A stretch of 64,000 nt of DNA from a virus. The notes below the pieces were generated by a model. It worked only from the letters and a program-made list of their open reading frames with translations. It was not told the origin of the DNA and did not search any database. The stretch spans positions 46,956 to 110,955 of IMG/VR virus record IMGVR_UViG_3300031857_000047; one strand, given 5' to 3'. The first letter of the stretch is position 1, and each line of letters begins with the position of its first letter. Shown piece by piece: positions 47,256 through 55,135 of the stretch. A program made the translations under genes and the position numbers.

Positions 47256-48737
47256 TTATGAAGTTCCTAATTGTTTTTGTAGATACGCAGTAAGGCGTCG
47301 TTTACTTTTTTTATCTAGTTTAGCTAAGTCTGCTTTAACTTGAGCGTATAATGTTGCACCAGCATCCTGAGTTCCTGCACTAGATATTTTTAAAGATTTA
47401 TACACAGTGTCAATGGCAGTAGTGTCTACTCCTTGACTAGTTAAAAACTTTTTAAGTTCTTCACTGTCAGTAGGTGCACCAGCTTTTTGCCAAGCTGAAT
47501 TTAATTTGTCAGCGGTGATCTTGGTAGTTAAATTGGTACCAACTGTGCGAGCTTTATCCATTGCTTTGCCAGCAAATCCTTTGATGACATCCATTGGCCC
47601 TTCGTTGAGTTGCGATTCAGTAATGCGTTTGAACACTAGATATACTTGTCCTTCACTTAAAGGACGAACTTGTTGTTCTATAGATTCTTTTTTAGTTAGA
47701 CTGCCCTTGACCCCCGCACCGGCAACCGCACCTTGTGCAGCAGCACCGAGATATTTGGTAGCTTCTTGAGCAGCCTGTGCTGCTTGACTGATCATAGTTC
47801 TACTAGCTTGATCAGAAGCTATTTGAGCTATGTATTGTTTATCATTAAATGTATCAGCAATCATACCTTCAAGTGACTTCCAAGTGGCTGCACTTTGTTC
47901 ATAGTCGCCTGCTTTCCAATATTGTCCCGCCTCGCTAAACAATTTTTTAGCTGTGTTTATATCTTCTGGAGTTCCTACTAGACCTTTAATTTCAAAATTA
48001 GCCCATCGTGTACCCAATTCTCCGCCAACTTCATCAAAGATCTGATTCATGTTCAAACGAAGTGCATTAGGGAACATAGTGTCCTTAACAACCTGCGCAC
48101 CGCCTTTGATCGCATCGCCTAGCAATTCAAAAGTTTTACCTGCAATAAAACCGTAGGCCGCAGTTTTAATACCTTTACCAATAGCTGTTGAAAGTTTTTC
48201 ACCTTTGAGTAATTCTACAGCGCCTCGCAGTACTTGACCAGCAATTGCGCCACCAACTGGGCCTCCTGCTAATGAAGCGATTGCAGTAAGCACACCTACA
48301 ATCGCTGCTGTTTTTCCAGGATTTTCTTTAGCCCATATCCCCATTTGAGAAATACCATCTAGTATTTTGCTGTCCGGAAACTTGGTATTAATTTTATTCT
48401 TTAATTGATCAAACTTTTGATCAAAGGCTTTAACTGGAGTTGTATCCTGTAGCCATTTACCGATATTATCAACAATCTCGTTGGCTTTTTTACCAACATC
48501 GATCCCTTTGCCTAACATGGTTCTATTACCGCCTGCGTCAGTTGCAGATTTTTCTACGGCACCAAATATAGATTTGATTTGATCAGGACTAAGGCTAGCT
48601 TCAATTAAAGGCCGTAATTCATGATAAATGCCTTCAACAACAGTACGTTGTTCTTGATCAAGGCCATGACACGATTCTAATAGAATTTTATTAGAATTAT
48701 TCATATGTTGTTCAAATAATATATTGCTGATTCTCAT
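47256..48737 (-). CDS. Probable internal head (ejected) protein
   Basis: MRISNILFE, LLES, LIEA, LSEG, LNEG sites; hydrophobic Gly-zipper segment; late promoter 48760-48766. Confidence 0.6.
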   Translation of the reverse strand: MRISNILFEQHMNNSNKILLESCHGLDQEQRTVVEGIYHELRPLIEASLSPDQIKSIFGAVEKSATDAGGNRTMLGKGIDVGKKANEIVDNIGKWLQDTTPVKAFDQKFDQLKNKINTKFPDSKILDGISQMGIWAKENPGKTAAIVGVLTAIASLAGGPVGGAIAGQVLRGAVELLKGEKLSTAIGKGIKTAAYGFIAGKTFELLGDAIKGGAQVVKDTMFPNALRLNMNQIFDEVGGELGTRWANFEIKGLVGTPEDINTAKKLFSEAGQYWKAGDYEQSAATWKSLEGMIADTFNDKQYIAQIASDQASRTMISQAAQAAQEATKYLGAAAQGAVAGAGVKGSLTKKESIEQQVRPLSEGQVYLVFKRITESQLNEGPMDVIKGFAGKAMDKARTVGTNLTTKITADKLNSAWQKAGAPTDSEELKKFLTSQGVDTTAIDTVYKSLKISSAGTQDAGATLYAQVKADLAKLDKKSKRRLTAYLQKQLGTS

Positions 48738-48759
48738 AAGTATTCAAAGATTAATATGT

Positions 48760-48766
48760 TATTTAT
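48760..48766 (-). promoter_or_regulatory. Late promoter ATAAATA
   Basis: Upstream of the 48737 start. Confidence 0.6.
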
Positions 48767-48769
48767 TGT

Positions 48770-49250
48770 AATTGTGAGCTGAAGCTCACATTCGTTTTCG
48801 CTTTCGCTCAACGAATTTTCTTTCTTCTAAACATTGTTGATTATAATAATTGCGAAGCAATTTAAGTATTATGCAGATTGTTCAGTCATACTTAGCCCTT
48901 GCGGGCTAAGAAGCATTATGCGAGTTGCACAGTACATACAGCGTTATGGCAATTACAGAGGCGGTCATCCGGTACCTCGAGCCACGTCTTATTAATGACG
49001 GCGGATTGCTACACAAACGCAGTCTTGCATAACAACCGTGGGTTTTTCTCCCATCTTTTAGCCTTGATATAATACTTTCTTGTACAGTAAACCGGTTCTG
49101 TAGGCATATCCGATCGTGGTCCTGTTAAGGATACTACTGTACAACCCCTCTACCAAGTAGGGAATTCCATTGACTGCGATCCGAGATCCAGCTTTAAGGG
49201 CACACTAACAACGCCGGTGCGGGCTTATTTGGCAGTTATTTGCCTAGATT
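48770..49250 (-). ncRNA. Large structured non-coding RNA candidate (unclassified)
   Basis: Longest ORF-free tract in the window. At least nine stems, GCAA and GAAA tetraloops, and G-U pairs that work only on the minus strand. Confidence 0.6.
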
Positions 49251-49252
49251 TA

Positions 49253-49678
49253 TTAGCCTTTGAGTATATGTGAGCCATGTACACGGACAGAAATCTGTCC
49301 GTTATAATAGTCTTTTGATTCTAAAACTTTGTGATTAAATTGTTCTCTAGCTTCTATGTAAGAGCATTGCGCCTTGGATGTACAGTAAAATAATATGTCT
49401 CTACGGAAATTTTCTTTGCCTAATTGTTCCACATCCTTGCTTAATTCAACGTTTGACCCGTAATAATCACGCCAATCGCTGTCTATTTTAGAACGTATCT
49501 TCTTTTTCTTCTTGTTGCCGTTTTTGAGTTTTACTGTTTTGTAGCTAGTTTTTGAGAATTTGGCTAGTTTTTTGCCTATGTATTTCCTGCCAGTAATATT
49601 ATTAGTAATAAGATAAACGAATCCTACGCAAGTTTCGGGTAGCTCTTCTATTAACTGATTTTCATAATACCATGACAT
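49253..49678 (-). CDS. Stand-alone GIY-YIG family nuclease
   Basis: GFVYLITNNITGRKYIGKK, YYGS, conserved Glu (YIEAREQ) and YYN. No C-terminal DNA-binding domain. Confidence 0.8.
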   Translation of the reverse strand: MSWYYENQLIEELPETCVGFVYLITNNITGRKYIGKKLAKFSKTSYKTVKLKNGNKKKKKIRSKIDSDWRDYYGSNVELSKDVEQLGKENFRRDILFYCTSKAQCSYIEAREQFNHKVLESKDYYNGQISVRVHGSHILKG

Positions 49679-49909
49679 TCACTTAGTTATTGTCTTGGGC
49701 CTTCCTATCATGCCTTTTCTGGATCTTTTGCGTTCTTCACGCTTTGCCTGTATTTCTACCCTGCGGGTGCTTGCTTCGTTGCGTATTTCACTTAGCCAAT
49801 ATCGTGCCTTAATGCCTGCTTCGTCTGAGCCTTTATATTCAAATCGTTCCTGCCACTTAAAATATTCCTGAAAAGCAGCAATCATTTTGTCGTGGCTTTC
49901 TGTAGTCAA
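49679..49909 (-). CDS. Small basic hypothetical protein
   Basis: 76 aa, overlaps the gp46 stop, EAGIKARYWLSEIR helix. Confidence 0.65.
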   Translation of the reverse strand: MTTESHDKMIAAFQEYFKWQERFEYKGSDEAGIKARYWLSEIRNEASTRRVEIQAKREERKRSRKGMIGRPKTITK

Positions 49910-51684
49910 TCAACAATCTCCACATCTGTTGAATAACTAGTAAATCCGTTTTCTTTGATCACCTTAAGAACATGATTAACACGGCTGGTTAAATCGTCTC
50001 TATGTGAAATCAAGAACACATTTTTGTTGCGTTCACGAGTCATCTTCTTAAGAACAGCAATACTACTTTCAACACCACTTGCATCCATACCGCTGTCTAC
50101 TAGTTCGTCAATGAATAGTAGGTTAATAGCTTGATATAGGTTTTCCCATACATCGCGGAATGCCCATGACATCGATAATATCAATCGATTGCGTTCACCG
50201 CGTGACAGATTGTCAAAGTCTAAGTCTTGACCTAACTGGGTAATAATAACAGTAAGGTCGTTCTGAAATTCAACTGTATGTGGAAGTCCAATGCGATCGA
50301 GATAATAGGTCAATCTTTGATTCAAATAGGCTAAGTTTTGATCAATGATACGCTTGCGAATAAACGAATCTTTATTAGTCAACAGTTTATGTAAAAATTC
50401 TTGGTGTTCTTTAATCCTAACCAATGTGTTTACATTATCAAAATTAATTTCTTGTACCGCTGTGTTGCGTAATTCGTCAATCTGTTCAATGTAGGGATTA
50501 TTTTCAGCGACCTTTACTTCTAGATCACGTTCTAATCCGCTAAGAGTATTTTTATGATTTAGTGCTTGCTCTAAATTGTCGTAAATTACACTTGGACACG
50601 CACCTAGTTCACCAATTAAACTAATCGCCTCGTTGAGTTCGCTTAGTTCTTCGCTGTGAGTTTTTAAATGTCCTTGACTTTCTTCAACCTGTTTAACTTT
50701 GGCAGTCATCATCTCGTCGTGTTTGACATCGTGAATGTCTTGACCACAACTATGACATTTATGATCTGCTAGAGTTGTTAACTCTCGCTCTAACTTGTCT
50801 AGATTTTTTTGCTCTCGTTCTAGAGTACTAGTTTGTTTAGCAATCAAAGCAGTTAGACTATCTCGTTCTTTTTTGCTTTTTGTCCATTCAATTAACGATC
50901 GTTGATTGGCAATTTCTTCGTCGATGTTAATATCTAATAGTTTTTCTATTGCTTTGGTTAAATTGGCAAGAGCTGTTTCGTGTTGTTCTTCCCATAACCG
51001 TTGTTTGCGTTCTAACGATTCAATACTCTGTTGAATTCGATCATTAGACACTTTAATTGTTTCAATTTTTGTATTTTCTGTAGCAATAGAGTCTTTGCTA
51101 TTTTTAATTTGTTCTTTTAATGCTTCGGCTTTTTCACTTAATTGTGTAATACCTAACAACTGTTCGATAATAGCACGTTGGTCAGCTGCCTTCATTGACA
51201 AGAAAGGTTCAGTGTAGGTATTCAAAGCCACAAGATGTTTAAACATATCGTGAGTCATACCAAAAACTTCTTCAATAGCCTTTTGTGTTTCTCTACTATC
51301 GCCTTGAGCTTCATCAGTTTCTAATGAAGATTGTTCGTGTCCGTTAACACTAAACTTTAGGACATTAGGTTTACGACCTCTCTCAATGTGATAATCAACA
51401 CCGTCTTTTTCAAAACTAACTGTACATAACATACCCTTGTTGTTAATTTTGTTAACAAGGTTATCTTTTTTAATATTAGTTAGAGCATTGCCGTAGATAG
51501 CATAGCTGAGACCATTGATGATTGTAGTTTTACCAGTACCATTACGAGCACCGCTGTCGTCGCCACCTAGATCTAGATTTTCACCTAGTACAAGGGTTAA
51601 CTGGCCTTTGTCAAATGTAATAGCCTGCGTTTGAGCTCCAACGCTCATAAAATTTCTAACGGTTAAATCTTTAATCTTTATCAT
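49906..51684 (-). CDS. gp46: Recombination endonuclease ATPase subunit (Rad50/SbcC-like)
   Basis: Walker A NGTGKTT, CHSC zinc hook, LSRGE signature, LFIDE Walker B, ISH. Confidence 0.93.
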   Translation of the reverse strand: MIKIKDLTVRNFMSVGAQTQAITFDKGQLTLVLGENLDLGGDDSGARNGTGKTTIINGLSYAIYGNALTNIKKDNLVNKINNKGMLCTVSFEKDGVDYHIERGRKPNVLKFSVNGHEQSSLETDEAQGDSRETQKAIEEVFGMTHDMFKHLVALNTYTEPFLSMKAADQRAIIEQLLGITQLSEKAEALKEQIKNSKDSIATENTKIETIKVSNDRIQQSIESLERKQRLWEEQHETALANLTKAIEKLLDINIDEEIANQRSLIEWTKSKKERDSLTALIAKQTSTLEREQKNLDKLERELTTLADHKCHSCGQDIHDVKHDEMMTAKVKQVEESQGHLKTHSEELSELNEAISLIGELGACPSVIYDNLEQALNHKNTLSGLERDLEVKVAENNPYIEQIDELRNTAVQEINFDNVNTLVRIKEHQEFLHKLLTNKDSFIRKRIIDQNLAYLNQRLTYYLDRIGLPHTVEFQNDLTVIITQLGQDLDFDNLSRGERNRLILSMSWAFRDVWENLYQAINLLFIDELVDSGMDASGVESSIAVLKKMTRERNKNVFLISHRDDLTSRVNHVLKVIKENGFTSYSTDVEIVD

Positions 51685-52691
51685 AGGTTATTATAAATGT
51701 CTAATAGAAGAGCTTTGTCAAATGCATCGCTGTCGATGGCATTGATTTGATTCATAACAATAGTGTCAACACTTTCAAAATTGATATCAATTGGAGTAGA
51801 TTGTGCATCTACTTCTACCTTTTCTGGTATTAACATAAGTTCTCGAAGATTGTATTGAGGAACAAATGTTTCTTTAATAAAATTAGCTTCTTCAAAACTA
51901 ATTGGCAAATCGATTGTGACGCGGCAATGCATTTTTTCTTTCAGCAGGTCGTCGGGTTTGTCAATGATCTGACTCAATTTAAATGTTCTGTATACAGGTT
52001 GCCCTGGCCATGTTTTAAACTCCGGCGTACCTCCCCACTCTAACATCATCATACCTCGATCATCATCGCCTGCATCTGCATAATTGTGCGGAAACGCATT
52101 GCCAATATAATGTATGTTTCTATTGTGTTGACGCTTGTGAAAGTGACCAGTAAACACATATTCTTGGTTAACAAAATGGCTACTTTGTACTTGTCCGTGA
52201 TCCGGCATTTGCACCATAGCATTCATGTAAAAGCTGGGCAATTCTAAATGTCCAAACAAATACTTGCTTTTGATATTGGGAATGTTTTTCCACTCGTCAG
52301 CTACCAACCAAGGCATAATAGTGACATCGCCTTCTGTCAACGTTTCCTTAATAGGAACTACATTTGGAAACAGTCGCATAAATTCAACAGAGTTAATCTC
52401 ACGCTTGTCCTTGTAGAACAAGTCGTGATTGCCTAGAATAAAATAGACTTTTTCAAACGACTGACTTAGTTTTTCTAAGTTGGACACAGTATAGTTCATA
52501 GTACTAACATCGGTAGTACTACGATTATGATGCCAATCGCCTAGAAAGATTGCAGTTTCACAACCTTCTTTTTTAGCAGTCTCACAGAACCAAGAAACAA
52601 AATCTTCACAATCTTGATTATGTGTACGACTACCAGACTTTAGACCAAAATGAATATCGGTAAAACAGGCTACTTTTTTAAATAGTGACAT
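51681..52691 (-). CDS. gp47: Recombination endonuclease nuclease subunit (Mre11/SbcD-like)
   Basis: TDIHFG, FLGDWHH, LGNHD, FGHLE, TGHFH metallophosphoesterase motifs. Confidence 0.93.
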   Translation of the reverse strand: MSLFKKVACFTDIHFGLKSGSRTHNQDCEDFVSWFCETAKKEGCETAIFLGDWHHNRSTTDVSTMNYTVSNLEKLSQSFEKVYFILGNHDLFYKDKREINSVEFMRLFPNVVPIKETLTEGDVTIMPWLVADEWKNIPNIKSKYLFGHLELPSFYMNAMVQMPDHGQVQSSHFVNQEYVFTGHFHKRQHNRNIHYIGNAFPHNYADAGDDDRGMMMLEWGGTPEFKTWPGQPVYRTFKLSQIIDKPDDLLKEKMHCRVTIDLPISFEEANFIKETFVPQYNLRELMLIPEKVEVDAQSTPIDINFESVDTIVMNQINAIDSDAFDKALLLDIYNNL

Positions 52692-52731
52692 AGGATCTCC
52701 TTAGTTATTATAACAGGTAAACAAGGTGAGA

Positions 52732-53598
52732 TCAATCCCAATCACCGCCGTCCACCGGAGTAGTACTAACCGGACCATAACTAGCCCCACCTTTGCCCGC
52801 AGCGTTCTGTCTAGTCCAACTTGGATTCATTCCGTTTATTTCTAAAATGTCATCTCGAATATTTTGATTGCGTTTTTCAATATTGATAATTCTAACAAAA
52901 CTGTTAGTCACTGCGGCAGTATAATAGGCAAACGGATTATCTGATTTCGATTCGTCAAACTGTAGACCAATTTGTGTCAACTGGAGAATAGCCTGCCCAC
53001 GCATTTCATCATTGTAAGTATACCCGCGAACGTTTCCTCTTGTGGCATATCGCTCGCAGAGTTTTAAAAACATACGAGCTAGATTGTTAGTCATCTGACC
53101 ATGTTCTTTGTTAAATGAGCCAGTGTCTAAATCTCCCTTCCAATGACTTTTACCTACACATATAAGATTGTTATTGTCATCAAACTTCCAATGTTGGAAC
53201 GGAGGAAAGTTCACCTTGTCGTGACTGTCTGCGGTATTTTTCAAAGTCTTTTTGCGACCAGGAGCCAACGGTATGTGATCAAAGGTCATAACCCTAAAAA
53301 CAACGTCAGTTTTTTTAATAGTTTTGTAGTCAACTTCAAATTCTTTAGCTGGAATTTTCTTTCCGCCTGACTGTGCAATTTCGTGATTTTTTTTACCTAT
53401 TTTTATTGCTCTGCTACGTTTAGCATCGGCAATTGACCTAATATTAATTTTAGATAAATTTGAAATTATTAGATCATAATCTCCATATGCAGGATCAGTA
53501 TAGGAACAATAGGTGTTTTTACTTAGATGAATTTCTTTTAGTAAATCCTTATTAGTAAGATACTTGATCTTGGGAGGTTGAGTGGGCATTATTGTCAT
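52732..53598 (-). CDS. gp55: Late-transcription sigma factor, gp55-like
   Basis: YLTNKDLL, GYTYNDEM, FDESKSDNPFAYYT...NSFVRIINIEK. Adjacent to gp47/gp46. Confidence 0.85.
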   Translation of the reverse strand: MTIMPTQPPKIKYLTNKDLLKEIHLSKNTYCSYTDPAYGDYDLIISNLSKINIRSIADAKRSRAIKIGKKNHEIAQSGGKKIPAKEFEVDYKTIKKTDVVFRVMTFDHIPLAPGRKKTLKNTADSHDKVNFPPFQHWKFDDNNNLICVGKSHWKGDLDTGSFNKEHGQMTNNLARMFLKLCERYATRGNVRGYTYNDEMRGQAILQLTQIGLQFDESKSDNPFAYYTAAVTNSFVRIINIEKRNQNIRDDILEINGMNPSWTRQNAAGKGGASYGPVSTTPVDGGDWD

Positions 53599-53646
53599 TG
53601 TTATAGAATTCTCCAGTAGTTAATATAATAGCATATTTTGTCAAGA

Positions 53647-53653
53647 ATAAATA
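53647..53653 (+). promoter_or_regulatory. Late promoter ATAAATA
   Basis: Upstream of 53680, start of the baseplate operon. Confidence 0.6.
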
Positions 53654-53679
53654 GAGTATACAAGGAATAATCATTCAAA

Positions 53680-54834
53680 ATGTCACTATCTATTAACCCT
53701 TTGGCAAAATTAGTTTCCAGCGTGTCGTCTCAAGTTAGTGCAGCAGCAGATGCTGCCAGCGGCGCACTAAAAAGTGATAATTTTGCTGCTTTAAAATCTA
53801 ACCTAGACTCAACTGTTGGTCGTTTAAGCGGCGAAATTGGCAGCGGTTTAAACGGCATGACAGCGTCGGCTAATACTTTTTTGAATGACGCTAAAGGAGC
53901 ATTAGGACAAGCTACCGGCGCACTTGGCGGTATTACAGGTGCCTTAGGTGGAGTTAGCAGCACTATACAAAGTCTAGCGTCAAACGCTACCGGAGCATTA
54001 GGTGGTATTGCAGGCCAGTTAGGTGGCGCAGCAGGATCAATAAGTAATGCTGGCGCAGCAATTGGTGCAAGTTTGAACAAGTTAGGATTATCCAGTGGTG
54101 GCCTTGGCGGCATTGCTTCACTAGCTACTTCAGTTTCGTCAGCAGCTGGCATGGTTAATAATTTATTAAGTATGGCAAGAGGAAAAAATCTGCCTAGCGG
54201 TGCAGAATTATTTAGTCAGGAAGGGGCCTTTGTAAAATTAGAAACTGGTTCAGCAGAAGACTGGCGTGTAAAATTAAATGCAAATTTTGGTCTGTTTGGT
54301 AGTGCATTCAGTCGACTTTCTGCTACAGGCGGTTTTGTTTGGCCCTATCTTCCGTCAATTACTGTATCCTCAAAAGCCAACTATACTCAAATAGATCCAA
54401 CGCATAACCTACAACCGTTCTATGCTTACAAAAACAGTCAAATAGATGATATCACTATCTCCGGAGAGTTTTCTGTTGAAAGTGAATTAGATGCTGGTTA
54501 TTGGATTGAAGGCACTACTTTTTTAAAAACAGCCACTAGGATGTTTTATGGTACAGGGCCTAATCAAGGAAACCCTCCAATAATTTGTAATCTATCAGGG
54601 TATGGTGCTAGGGTGTTTTCTGGTGTACCGGTTATAGTAAAAAGTTTTACAGTAGATTTTAAAGATGATGTATCTTATATAAAATACACTAAAGGTGGCG
54701 CACCTACATGGGTGCCTGCAATGAGCACAATATCTGTGACAGTTTCTCCAATCTATAATCGAACACGATTGAGACAATTTAATCTTACACAATATGCCAA
54801 CGGAAATATTGTAGCAGGTCAAGGATTCATCTAA
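53680..54834 (+). CDS. Tail tube initiator/baseplate tube-like protein (gp48/gp54-like)
   Basis: G/A/S-rich N-half followed by a tube-fold-like domain (WPYLPSITV, ITISGEF, GNPPIICNLSGYG). Precedes gp53. Confidence 0.6.
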   Translation: MSLSINPLAKLVSSVSSQVSAAADAASGALKSDNFAALKSNLDSTVGRLSGEIGSGLNGMTASANTFLNDAKGALGQATGALGGITGALGGVSSTIQSLASNATGALGGIAGQLGGAAGSISNAGAAIGASLNKLGLSSGGLGGIASLATSVSSAAGMVNNLLSMARGKNLPSGAELFSQEGAFVKLETGSAEDWRVKLNANFGLFGSAFSRLSATGGFVWPYLPSITVSSKANYTQIDPTHNLQPFYAYKNSQIDDITISGEFSVESELDAGYWIEGTTFLKTATRMFYGTGPNQGNPPIICNLSGYGARVFSGVPVIVKSFTVDFKDDVSYIKYTKGGAPTWVPAMSTISVTVSPIYNRTRLRQFNLTQYANGNIVAGQGFI

Positions 54835-54835
54835 T

Positions 54836-55135
54836 ATGGCCAAATATCAAAAAGTATCTCCCTATTATAATACTCCACAGAACAATTTGTATCTAGACCT
54901 GTTGGCTATTCGACCCGTGCCTGCTGAAGCAGACGACTATCAATATACCATTGAAAATCAATACAAACATAGACCTGATTTATTAGCGTTTGATCTATAC
55001 GGCAATGCTCAACTTTGGTGGGTATTTGTACAACGTAATATGGAAACAATCAAAGATCCAATATATGATTTTGCTCCCGGAACAGTAATTTACTGTCCAA
55101 AGAAATCAAATATAGAAAGATTTATTGGAATTTAA
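54836..55135 (+). CDS. gp53: Baseplate wedge LysM-like protein
   Basis: RPDLLAFDLYGNAQLWWVF..RN. Confidence 0.8.
   Translation: MAKYQKVSPYYNTPQNNLYLDLLAIRPVPAEADDYQYTIENQYKHRPDLLAFDLYGNAQLWWVFVQRNMETIKDPIYDFAPGTVIYCPKKSNIERFIGI

Noticed and set aside
2093-47769. Numerous 60-150 aa ORFs antisense to or nested in long genes
   Set aside because: Shadow ORFs produced by the codon bias of Gly/Ala/Thr-rich genes, with no recognisable motifs.
48848-48938. CRISPR mini-array
   Set aside because: Only two imperfect repeats, the intervening sequence is a 20-nt perfect hairpin, and there are no cas genes.
49086-49102. Minus-strand ACAGAACCGGUUUA resembles the RNase P RNA 3' consensus
   Set aside because: No GAGGAAAGUCC partner upstream, and it lies mid-element rather than at the 3' end.
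48770-49678. Group I intron with a GIY-YIG homing endonuclease, or tmRNA/tRNA
   Set aside because: The flanking genes look intact, so there is no interrupted host gene. I could not identify P7/catalytic core motifs, a tRNA-like acceptor or T-arm, or a CCA end.
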